Source: Octopus vulgaris (lineage: Eukaryota). From it: a stretch of 64,000 nucleotides of DNA. Made by a program: the position numbers and the translations under genes. Positions within the stretch are counted from its first letter, which is position 1, and each line of letters opens with the position of its first letter. The stretch is taken from NCBI GenBank assembly GCA_951406725.2, contig OX597820.1:30752001-30816000 (forward strand), in the 5' to 3' direction. Under the pieces are notes generated by a model that worked only from the letters and a program-made list of their open reading frames with translations, did not search any database and was not told the origin of the DNA. Below are positions 40,333-52,247 of this stretch, one piece after another.

Positions 40333-42273
40333 AGCACCATAGTCAACTGCTACAAGGGTAAGGGTGATGCTCTAGATAGAAATAACTACAGGGGTATTAA
40401 ACTGTTGGATCAGGTGATGAAGGTCACAGAGAGGGTCATAACCCATCTCATTAGGAAGAGAATTTGCTTAGATGAGATGCCGTTCGGTTTTGTGCCAGGT
40501 AGAAGCACCACTGATGCTATATTCCTGGTCCGACAACTGCAGGAGAAGTACCTAGCTAAAGATAAACCCCTCTACATAGCTTTTGTGGACTTGGAGAAAG
40601 CCTTTGACAGGGTTCCCCGTTCCCTTATCTGGTGGTCGATGTGGAAACTGGAGATTGACGAATGGCTAATAAGGGCTGTATAGGCTCTATACAGAGAGGC
40701 TGTCAGCAAGGTTAGGATTGGCAACGAATATAGTGAAGAATTCCGGGTAGAAGTAGGTGTGCACCAAGGCTCAGCCCTCAGTCCCCTTTTATTTATCATA
40801 GTCCTCCAGGTAATAACAGAGGAATTCAAAACAGGATGCCCCTGGGAGCTCCTCTATGCTGATGACCTGGCTCTCATAGCAAAATCACTACTGGAACTAG
40901 AAAAGAAATTTCGGGTGTGGAAGCAAGGGTTAGAATAAAAGGGCCTTAGAGTAAATGTAGCAAAGACCAAAGTTATAGTAAGCAGAAAGGCGAACTCAGC
41001 ACACACCCCCTCGGGCAGGTAGCCCTGCCCGATCTGTAGGAAAGGTGTAGGTAGAAACTCCATAAGATGCACCCAATGTAAGTTATGGACGCATAAGAGG
41101 TGCAGCAACATTAAAGGGAAATTAACTGATGAGATAGCTTTCATGTGCGGCAGATGCACAGGGACAATAGACACCACAGACACTCAGAAAACAGATTCCA
41201 TCACACTCCAGGGGGAGAAACTAGAAGTAGTTGATAGTTTCCGCTACCTGGGTGACCAAGTTAGTAGTGGAGGTGGATGCTCAGAGAGTATCACCACTAG
41301 AATACGAATAGCCTGGGCAAAGTTCAGAAAGCTCCTACCCCTACTGGCGACAAAGGGTCTCTCGCTCAGAGTGAAAGGTAGATTGTATGATGCATGTGTG
41401 CGAACTGCCATGCTTCACGGTAGTGAAACATGGGCTGTGACTGCAGAGGACATGCATAGACTTGAAAGAAATGAAGCTAGCATGATCCGCTGGATGTGTA
41501 ATGTCAGTGTGCATGCATGACAGAGTGTAAGCACCCTGAGAGAAATGCTGGATATAAGAAGCATCAGATGTGGTGTGCAAGAGCGACGCTTGCGACGGTA
41601 TGGTGATGTACTGCGGATGGATGAGGAGAAATGTGTGAAGAAGTGCCACTCCCAAACAGTTGAAGGTATTAGGGGGAGAGGTAGACCCAGGAAGACATGG
41701 GATGAGGTAGTCAAGCATGACCTCAGAGCGTTGGGCCTCAATGAGGCAATGGCGAAGGACCGAGATCTCTGGAGATATGCTGTGACTGCAAAGACCTGGG
41801 TTGCTTCCTGCATCAGTTCCGCATTCACTGCCCATTCAAAGTACCCTGGATCCCAGAACGTCCCGCTGTGCTTGAGGAGACCTGTTGAGTCAAGTACATG
41901 AACATGAACGTCAAAATAAATATCAATGGAAATAGTAGTTGTGATACCTGTGCCGGTGGCACATAAAAAGCACCATCCGAACGTTGCCAGCGCTGCCTTT
42001 GCTGGCTTCCGTGCCGGTGGCACGTTAAAAGCACCAACCGATCGTGGCCGATGCCGGACCCCCCCCCCCCCCCCTGGCACCTGTGCAGGTGGCACGTAAA
42101 AAGCACTCACTACACTCGCCGAGTGGTTGGCGTTAGGAAGGGCATCCGGCCGTAGAAACTCTGCCAGATCAGACTGGAGCCTGGAGCAGCCCCTGGCTTC
42201 CCAGACCCCGGTCGAACCGTCCAACCCGTGCTAGCGCGGAAAACGGACGTTAAACGATGATGATGATGATGAT
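40333..42273 (+). mobile_element. 5'-truncated RTE-clade LINE (RT pseudogene, 3' UTR and (GAT)n tail), antisense within F-box intron 1
   Basis: One reading frame with four point stops. Motifs NYRGIKLL, FGFVPGRSTTDAIF, FVDLEKAFDRV, GVHQGSALSP, LYADDL, FRYLG and RGRGRPRKTW. Confidence 0.95.
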
Positions 42274-43386
42274 AAGGAGTTTGAATGACATTTACATGCT
42301 TTATTTAACATGCCAAGTTACACATGTGAAGGCTTCCTCATATAATTATGGCTTTTTACAAATCGGGTTCAATTCTTGCTGATGTTAACTTTACCTTTTA
42401 TGCTTCCAGTATCGATCAATAAATATCTGTCAACAATTGGAGTTGACACAGTAGGCTACACCGTATATCGAGTATTAAGCCAAAATTGGAAATTAATATT
42501 TTGGCATTAAATAAAAACCTATTTTCTCATTAAGTCTAACTACCTACCAATAGCTGCAACCCGTGAGGAATACTATGCGGTCAGTTGACCTGGTGAAATA
42601 GCAGCCAAAACTCCATCAACTCAAAACATGTCTTATACGACTAAATAAAAAACGAGATGTAATGTTTGTAACATCTCTAATTACAGGTGTGCTTGATCAG
42701 GACTGACTCGAGGCTAAACAATAATTATATTACTGACTCTTAATTTGTTTTCATCTAAAGTGCAGTTGACATCGACACTATCTTTAGAGGCCAAGACATT
42801 GACAGCTAAATTTCCCACCATTCACACCTTTAAGTAAAGAAACGACACTTAGAGGCTCTTAACCGTTTTACTGTAGGTTTTTAAACATCTGTCTATCTTT
42901 TTGCTATTTATTATGCCTCTAATTTGAAAATTACAAAATGGATATAAATATGTTTTGTTTTTATTTGTAATTGTGTACACTTTCATCCATAGACTCAAAC
43001 GAAAACAACAATTTAAATTTTCAGAATGCAAGCAAAATGAAATTGCAAACGAAATAAATTTATAAAAACAAAAGTAGTTTTACAGTTGTAAATACCCCGA
43101 TGACAACTAGCTTTTATTATTATTATCATTATTATTATTATTCTGAATTTGATTTTCAAAACAAAATCTGGAAGATCGTTGGGAAGTTAAAAAAACAATA
43201 AAGTTAAAAGTGGCGGGGAGGATCTACACTGAAATGAATGTCTACTTTTGTTAATGTAGTCTCACACCTACTTCTCGGATGGTCACGACTAGAATGCTTT
43301 CAGCAGGATTAGGGAAGGTCCTGAGACTCGACAATAATAAACAGACGCAATATAAAGAAAGAGAAATCATATTGAAATCAACTTAC

Positions 43387-43783
43387 CATGGAACTTAACG
43401 CATGTCGGTTTACCTCGGAACTTCGACTGTTTGACGGTTCGACGAAGGCAGTGCCATTGACGAAGACATCGGCTGCGACAATAAGCGATGTAAACCTCAC
43501 GCCAGTATTGCCAGGGCAAGCGCACACTGAGTATTTTGTCCCTCATACGGGAGTCGCACTCCAGCAGGTTGTCCACGTCTACCAAACCGGTCATTTGTTC
43601 GAGAGCAGGGGTGGGAATTTCATACAAACAAAATGAGCACCACATGCTGACGTCCTGCGTTAATTCGTAAACAATTCGGTACCAGTACTTACAAACTTGA
43701 CCCATACGGAAAAGCGTGGTGCCGTCCAATTTTCGGAAGATGATCCGTAGAACTTCCTCGGGGATGTCGCTCAACTCCGTCAT
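43387..43783 (-). CDS. F-box/WD40-repeat protein, exon 1 of 7 (F-box)
   Basis: F-box signature LSDIPEEVLRIIFRKLDGTTLFRMGQVCKYWYRI. Donor G|GTAAGT at 43386. 397 nt, ends phase 1. Confidence 0.9.
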
Positions 43784-45825
43784 TTTTTTGGTGTTGTTTT
43801 AAACGTGTGAAAGATATAAATATATATACACCATCATTGATAATATATAGTACACGGTGTTGGTTTGGTAGTTAAGTGAAGAGTAGAAACTGGCGTCTGT
43901 ATATGTAAGAGAATGTGAAGAGATGGTGGGGAATAGCATGGAAGTAATCACTGCCCATCTTCGTTCCTGTATCAATGGCGATAATCTACTCCGAAGATAT
44001 CTGCCTAATCTCCCTTTATATATCACTCTCTAGGGAAGAAACATATGGAAAAGAAAGACAAATATACGGGAGTAAGGAAGGAAGAGGAGATAAGAGGAAT
44101 AGAAGGGAAGAAGACGTAAGAGGGTAGAAAGAAAAACGAAGTAAGGGGGTTAGAAATAGTGAGGGAGAAGGCAAAGAAAAGATTAAGCAATAAGAGAGAG
44201 GAGATTAGGAAAAGATGTTATGTGGAAGAGGAAGTAAGAGTTCGATGAACTAATAGAAAGGGAGAGAATGTGGTGAGGGAAATATGAAGTATTGAGAAGA
44301 AGCAAATAAAAAAGAGAAAGAAAAGACGAACTAATAAGAATGGTCAGAAAAGAAGGAAAGCGAAGAAGCTTAAGAAAAGAGAAAAAAAATTGTGTTCGGG
44401 GATCAAATTAATGTTCTCATATTTTTCATGCTGATAGAACCTCTGGAGTAATTAACCTTCGTAATTATTTTTTAGAATATCGAGTTAATGAGGTGTAAGA
44501 CCAGAACTAATGACGATAATAACAGCTGAGAATCGATTTCATGCAAAGTCCTTGAGATTTCCTCTGACTATCACTTGTGTTATTTCTCCTACCACATATC
44601 AATTGGTGCAAATCTCCACTTTCAACGCCATCACATTTAAACTCACAGGTGCTTACAAAATATATTTGCATTCCAATACATTTGACCCAACACACATGCA
44701 ACACTCGCGCACATTCCTTGTTTCAGTCATTGGACTGCGGCCATGCTAGGACACGGCACTTAAAGGGTTTTAGTCAATCAAGTCGGCCCCAGAACATTTA
44801 TATGTATATAAACCTGGTACTTATTCTATCATAGTCTTTTGCTGAGCCGCTAAGTTACGAGCAAGTAAACAAACCGAAACTGTAAAGCATGGACAAATAC
44901 ACACATTTTATCCTACTGCCAACTATGAAGGGCTTAAGGTTACATAATCAGGCTGTTACCTAATATCGTGTTGAACCTCTAGCGCGAAGCCAATTAGTTA
45001 AGTCAGTTGTAATGGAGATGTAGTGAATTTTGCAAGCATAAAGTGGATTCGATCCACCATAGCCAAATTTAAATTAACACTGCAACAGAACTTTTCCCAT
45101 GGTGGAACGATGGTTTTTCTCTGACTGCAGTTTTACATTTTCCAGATGCCTTTAGCTAGGCCAAAATAATGTCTTCACCTCTTGACCCTTTCTAACCTCT
45201 TCTGCTTCACCAAAAGCTAGAATAGAGATAACAAGATCACCAACTAAATCTATTGTTCTCAATGATATATCTATCCTTCGGGATAGTTATATAAGCAAGT
45301 ACACCGCAAGCAAAAATTAGTTAGTCACATCGTGATGACTCAATTAGTTAGGGAATGGACTGCTAGAATCATGATCTCAAAGAATGCAGCTACTAAAGAT
45401 AATGGTCAGCGAGAGAAATTAAGTTTACTGTCAGCAACTGTGAGACAACGTCCCATACCGTACAACTCTCATTAGCTCTAATTCTGTTCTCTTACAACAT
45501 CATTCTATCTCTCTCTGTATTTACTACTAAACAATGAAGAGGACACAAACACAAACTTTACTTCGCATGCTTTTAGATTTATCATAACCTGCCCGTCGGT
45601 GCAAGGTATTGTAATGTAACGGTAAATAAATACTTCCTTAAAACTTCATGCATTGTTCATCTTCCACATCTTACAATTTGCCGTCATAACGACAAATCAT
45701 AATAATGTTACAAATAATACTATTGTTTACCAACCAATTTCTCCCGCTACAACTGGTAACTTCAACTAAAACCTTAACCGTTACAGATATATAGTACTGT
45801 AAACTTCATTTATATATATATATAA

Positions 45826-46110
45826 CTGGCACTTCTAACAATGTCATTTACTGCATCTTTCTGTCCTTCTCTGTACATTGGTCAAACGGGATGCCTCTTG
45901 GCTGACCGGTTCATGGAGCACCTCCAAGACAGACTCAGCAATGACACCTCGGTCTCATGCCATTTCTGCTCTACCAGTCATTCATTAAAACACCTGTCTG
46001 TTCGGATTGTCTTTGCACAGGGGCCATCTGGACTTTCGCTTTCACCATGAACAGGGATTAATCTTCTCTCTTCGTTCCTTTGTGTCACATGGGCTCCACT
46101 CCACTCCCCT
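45826..46110 (+). mobile_element. Penelope-like element relic (GIY-YIG endonuclease)
   Basis: Across frameshifts: NVIYCI...LYIGQTG.LLADRFMEHL...VSCHF...HS...RFHHEQGLIFSLRSFVSHGL, the PLE GIY-YIG pattern. Confidence 0.8.
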
Positions 46111-46884
46111 CTTCATCTGACACTTACTTCCTCTCTTCACTCCTACCCACCTTCTCCCTCCATTCACATCCCACTCCAATATACCCCACATCCTCACCCC
46201 AAACCCATGCCACCACCCCGCACACTCTAGGACTGACCATTTCCCAGCACCCACACATTACAGATGCACACTTACAAAGGCACATATCCACAAGTCAAAG
46301 TCACCAGCCCCTATCCACATACACACATGCACGTGCATCTTTGTTTTGGGATCACCATTACTTTATTATCTCCCCTTCTTCCTAGCTCTCCTGGTAAGTA
46401 CCTTTGTCCAACCAATCGCTATAATTGACCACTAACTTCAAGAGACCTCTATATTTTTAAGAGGTCTTAGGCCAACAGGGTTTTGGGCCATAAAGCTAAA
46501 TGAGCCATAAATCTAAAAAACCCTTTATGGACAGGAAACCTAAGGTAATCACATAAACTGACCTTCCCCATTTTTAATATATACTACTCTACATCTTAGA
46601 ATGTGCTTCTTTCGGATTTATGTTTTTGCAGACAATATATATATATATGTTTTCGTTTGGTTTGTTGTATATCTACACTATCCTGTTTTTGTTACCAACT
46701 CTGACCCACCGCAAGTCCCAAATTTTATTTTGGTTCGTGGGAGCAACTGTTTATCAAAGCCTCATATTATCATTAATTGCTCGAAACGTGGAGTAGATAA
46801 ACAGCCGACAACTGATGAAGAGTTGTTCTTTATGTTACTTGTCTTGTTTTCCATTTGTTTCTCTTGTTGTCCTATACCCTTATA

Positions 46885-46928
<44 letters not shown>

Positions 46929-46940
46929 TGTATGTATATA

Positions 46941-46988
<48 letters not shown>

Positions 46989-47007
46989 TATATGTATGTA
47001 TATATGC

Positions 47008-47048
<41 letters not shown>

Positions 47049-47457
47049 GGCGCAGGAGTGGCTGTGTGGTAAGTAGCTTGCTAACCAACCACATGGTTCC
47101 GGGTTCAGTCCCACTGTGTGGTACCTTGGGCAAGTGTCTTCTGCTATAGCCTCGGGCTGACCAAAGCCTTGTGAGTGGATTTGGTAGACGGAAACTGAAA
47201 GAAGCCTATCGTATATATGTATATATATATATATGTGTGTTTGTTTGTGTGTCTGGGTTTGTCCCCCTAGCATTGCTTGACAACCGATGCTGGTGTGTTT
47301 ACGTCCCCGTCACTTAGCGGTTCGGCAAAAAGAGACCGATAGAATAAGTACTGGGCTTACAAAAAAAGAATAAGTCCCGGGGTCGATTTGGTCGACTAAA
47401 GGTGGTGCTCCAGCATGGCCGCAGTCAAATGACTGAAACAAGTAAAAGAGTAAGAGT
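47049..47457 (+). mobile_element. SINE family A, full-length copy
   Basis: Colinear with 542..990 from GGCGCAGGAGTGGCTGTGTGG to GTAAAAGAGTAAGAG. Confidence 0.9.
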
Positions 47458-48540
47458 ATATATATACATGTGCCGGTGGTACGTAAAAAGCACCATCCAA
47501 TCATGGCTGTTTGCCAGCGTCGTCTGGCACCTGTGCCGGTGGCACGTAAAAAGCACCCACTACACTCACGGAGTGGTTGGCGTTAGGAAGGGCATCCAGC
47601 TGTAGGAACACTGCCAGATCAGACTGGGCCTGGTGCAGCCTTCTGGCTTCCCAGACCCCAGTTGAACCGTCCAACCCATGCCAGCATGGAAAGCGGATGT
47701 TAAATGATGATGATATATACATATGTATGTAAGTACATATATGTATATATGCATATAGGTTATAGGCCAACACATCTTGGGGTCTGACGATACATCATAA
47801 AGTCTTAATATGTACATGCAAGACGCTTGCTGAAAGGAGAGAGGAAATTGAGTGGCAACTTGTGAGATTACACTTGTGTATGTCTGTGAAAGGGTTGAAA
47901 TCAAAATGTGTGTGTGTGTGTGTGTTTATGTCTATAATTGGTCTAAAAATGGTGTTGTGTTTTATGTTGTGTCTGTGACGTGTAACTTGATGGTTTGACA
48001 AATGGTAATCAATAAAATCAATACCAGACTGAAATATGCCAGTGCCGGGATCAATATGATCAAATAAACCCTTGAAGTAGATGCCCCAGTATGGCTGCAG
48101 CCTGATGCTATAAGCAGTGAAAAGAAAAAGAAGTGTAACACTTTAAGTAAATGTCTTATATTATAGCCTTGGACCAACAAAAGCCTTGTGAGTGGAAACT
48201 GAAAGGAGCCCATCTTGTGTGTGTGTGTATGTATATATATATATATTAACTGACCATAAGGGTTTTCTATCTCCAGTTTAAAAAGAGGTTATTTATATGT
48301 CCATGGTGTTCTGATGAGCTGTCTATAAGGTTAAGCGCTTTATGGATGTGAAACCATCGGTTACCCTATGACTAGCCGTATAAACTTCCTTAACTTCCTA
48401 TAATATATATGTATGTGTGTGTGTATGTGATACCTTAGGCAAGTGTCTTTTACTGTAGCTTCAGGCCATAAAACCCTTGTGAGTGGATTTGGTAGACAGA
48501 AACTGAAAGAAGCCTGTTGTATATATATATATATATATAT

Positions 48541-48838
48541 CACGTGACCGACCAGACCATCAGATGTTGCTACACATCGCTGGTCACAATGCATTCGCAT
48601 CGTTTTAGCCTTCGAATGATGCCACCCTGCTGGCTAAGCGAGCAGGCCAACCGAAGAAAGAGTGAGAGAAAGAGTGGTGAAAGAGTACAGCAGGGATCAC
48701 CACCCCCTGCCGGAGCCTCGTGGAGCTTTTAGGTGTTTTCGCTCAATAAACACACACAACGCCCAGTCTGGGAATCAAAACCGCGATCCTACGGCCACGA
48801 GTCCGCTGCCCTAACCACTGGGCCATTGCGCCTCCACA
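48541..48838 (-). mobile_element. tRNA-derived SINE (same Arg-like head and body), tail type 2
   Basis: About 180 nt near-identical to 29910..30090, followed by an unrelated 3' part. Confidence 0.85.
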
Positions 48839-51495
48839 TATATATGCAGGTGGCACGTAAAAAACAGCCACTACACTCGCGGAGTGGTTGGCGTTAGGAA
48901 GGGCATCCAGCCGTAGAAACACTGCCAGATCTGACTGGGCCTGACGAAGCCTTCCAGCTTCACAGACCCCAGTTGACCCGTCCAACCCATGCTAGCATGG
49001 AAAGCGGACGCTAAATGATGATGATGATGATATATATATATATATATAATGGATTCTCATGTGATGGATGACGAATGAGGAGTCAGTAAAAATAAGTGTT
49101 AATCAAATTCTATGGACACAAATGTGTCTCTTGAGACGTGTTGTTGCCTTGCAAACCTTTAGCAAATGGAACAGGTTGAGGACTCAGTTTTCTTCAGTGC
49201 TTGTTGATAATTTACTATGTGTTTTCTTGAGTGGATGGCAAGGCCTGCATTGCTTTGTGCCACAAAATCAAAATGACAAGTGAGGTTTCCATTCAGACAA
49301 GCAGTATTTTGCTAGCATGCCTTCATGTTTGCATGAAGTTGGTCTCGATGTTGTAAATATTTATGTGTATGTGTGCATCTGTGTTTGCCCTCCACCATCA
49401 CTTGATAACTGCTGTTGGTGTGTTTATATCCCTGTAACTTAGCAGTTTGGTAAAAGAGACTGATAGAATAAGTACTAGGCTTACAAAGAATAAGTTCTAG
49501 GGTCAATCTCTTCAATTAAAAACCCTTTAAGACGGTGCTCCTGCATGGCTGCAGTTGAATGACTGAAACAAGTGAAAGAATATTCTTATAATCGTTTCAG
49601 TCATTTGACTGTGGCCTTGCTGGACAAACACAGACAAACACACTCTCTCTTCAGCTATCTTTTCCTGGCTGTTCCAGTGCTGCAGATGGGGCTGAGAGAG
49701 TGTCTATGTCTGCTTGCAAATATATAGGCACCTAAAAGCAATTAATGAAAGCGTGACATATGTTACTGATTCTCACATGCAAGTGATTGCTGGGTTTTTT
49801 ATTATTATTTTTATTATTTTTTTTTAGAATTGACAGAAGTTTTAGAAAATAACATTTGTCTAATATGACAAATGACTGAAACTTCTGGCAATTTGCTGTG
49901 CTTGAGAAGATATGTCAAGCTAAATGAAATCATAGTCATGCCCAGTACTGGCAACATGAAAAAGGCAACCGTGCCAGTGACATGTAGAAGACATCCGGTA
50001 CAGTCTGTGGAGTGGTTGGCATTAGGAAGGACATTCGCCAACACTACACCTGATTTTCTCCCCTCCATACACACGCAAGCATGTATCTGACTCATATATT
50101 GTTCACTTCCCAGACATTTGTACTTTACTGCATATGCTTTATACGCACTTTTGACAAGTTGTGGCGCACCTGAGCACTGTATACAATAACTTTATTATCA
50201 TTATTATTATTATTATAAACTAAGTCAATACAGACTGGATCCTGGTGCAGCTCTCGTCAATCTGTCGATCAAACCCAGAAGCTTATGGTTGCAAATTGAA
50301 CCACTTAAGTAATGCAGCTAAAGAGACAAAAGTGATGGTAGCAGTGATATGAAGTTTGCCATTGTTGTTGGTGGTGGTAATGATGTTATGACGGTTCTTG
50401 TTAGTGACGTTTATAGTTGCGATTGTTTTGCTGGTGCTTAAATTTGTTGTTGATCAGATCAGAGAGACTGCAAGTGAAACGTTGAGAATAACACCAAGTA
50501 GTAGTGATAGTGGAGCAGTGTTGTTGTTGACATGTGTATTTAGCAGTTAAAGAGCAATTTCACTTGTTTATCATTATCTGAAGAGAATAAAAGGTGAAAA
50601 ACACAAGAATTGGAAAACAAAAAGAGAAGACAGAAACAGTGGTACACTGTTTAATGTGTTTGTAACATGTTAACCTTGAAGGCTCTTTATTCATTGTAAA
50701 AATAAAGGTCAGCACATTCAGGAATCAACAATTGTCAACAAAAGTATTTCATTTTAATAGGTGCAGGCATGGCTGTGTGGTAAGAAGTTTACTTCCCAAT
50801 CTCATGGTTCCAGGTTCAGTCCCACTGCATGGTACCTTGAGCAAGTGACCAAAGCCTTGTGGGTGGATTTGGAAGGCAGAAAATGAAAAAAGCCTGTTGT
50901 GTGTTTGTCTCATTGTCCCCCTCACACCCACCATTTTAGAACTGGTGTTGGTATGTTTACATCCCCATAACTTCGCAGTGCAACATATGAAACTGATAGA
51001 ATAAGTACCAGGTTTACAAAAAAGTACTGAGATTGATATGTTTGACTAAAATTCTTCAAAGCAATGCACCAGCATGGCCAGTCAAATTACTGAAACAAGT
51101 AAAAGAAGAAAAGAATGTCCAACATGAAGCAGTAATGGCAAAGAAATGGATAAAATTGTTAAATTTTTTTAAATTTTAAAATATCCTGTAAAATATAGTA
51201 GCATTGGTTCTGCTTGGTCAAATCAGTATACCTTAAAGAATTGTTTGTTATCTCAACAAATGGAAATGAAGTTTATGAATCCATATACCTAAAAATGTGT
51301 CCCATTTCCTCTTCACTTTGTCTATACATGTCAAGCCAAATAGAATTTTTATTTTATTTTTATTTGTACTGGAATTTTAAAATATTCTAGTAATATGAAT
51401 AGAATTGAAAGGTTTTGTACCTGAAACAATGAAAGTTTTCTATTAAATATTGGTCTTCTCAGAACTGAAGGCATTCATTAAAATAATATATTGTA

Positions 51496-51862
51496 CTAGC
51501 AGTATCGCCCGGCATTGCTCGGGTTTGTAAGGGAAATAGCTATATAAGCATTTTTAGAGAGTTATAGCAAAAAAAATGGGAAAAAAAATAATGGTAAATT
51601 TTTTTTTAAATCGTTGACTCATCGTAGACATTTTTAGAGAGTTACTTCCCTTATATAATAGCGAAAAAATGCATTAAAATGGAAAAAAATTATGGTAAAT
51701 TATTTTTAAAATCGTAGACGCATGCTAATACCCACAAGAGCTCAATATGAATCACGACTATAAGATACCCGCTTTTGGTTACACTGCACCACAAAATGTG
51801 GGAGTAGTTAGGAATCTAAATCGTAGGAGACAGACACACAACTTGACTTTTATATATAAAGA
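51496..51862 (-). mobile_element. Non-autonomous Helitron, shorter copy of the same family
   Basis: Reverse complement of the 28283..28918 termini (TC...hairpin...CTAG), inserted between A and T, lacking the central part. Confidence 0.85.
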
Positions 51863-52215
51863 TTTAACATGAAATAGCCTGTATGAACACCAGTAATCAC
51901 ACAGAGCTTGTAATCAGAACCAGAATCCATATAAAGGTGCAGGTAGATAAGTTTTATTTTTTCACAATTAAAGACAGCGACAGTGCCTATGATTTTTTTT
52001 TAATAAACTCCACCAGACTGATGAGATTGATGTGACATGTTCAGCTTGAACATCTGTAAGAAAAATGAGCTTGCTTACCAGCTGCATGGTTCCGGGTTCA
52101 GTCCCACTGCGTGGCACCATGGGCAAGTGTCTTCTACTAATAGCCTCAGGCTGACCAAAGCCTTGTGAATGGATTTGGTAGACAGAAACTGAAAGAAGCC
52201 TGTTGTATATTTGTG

Positions 52216-52247
<32 letters not shown>

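Noticed and set aside
41415-42224. 269-aa minus-strand ORF
   Set aside because: Antisense shadow of the RTE LINE and its UTR, with no independent motif.
46601-47273. Several ORFs rich in YI/HT/CV repeats (also 575-1002, 1699-1941, 27460-27973)
   Set aside because: They are translations of microsatellites and SINE sequence.
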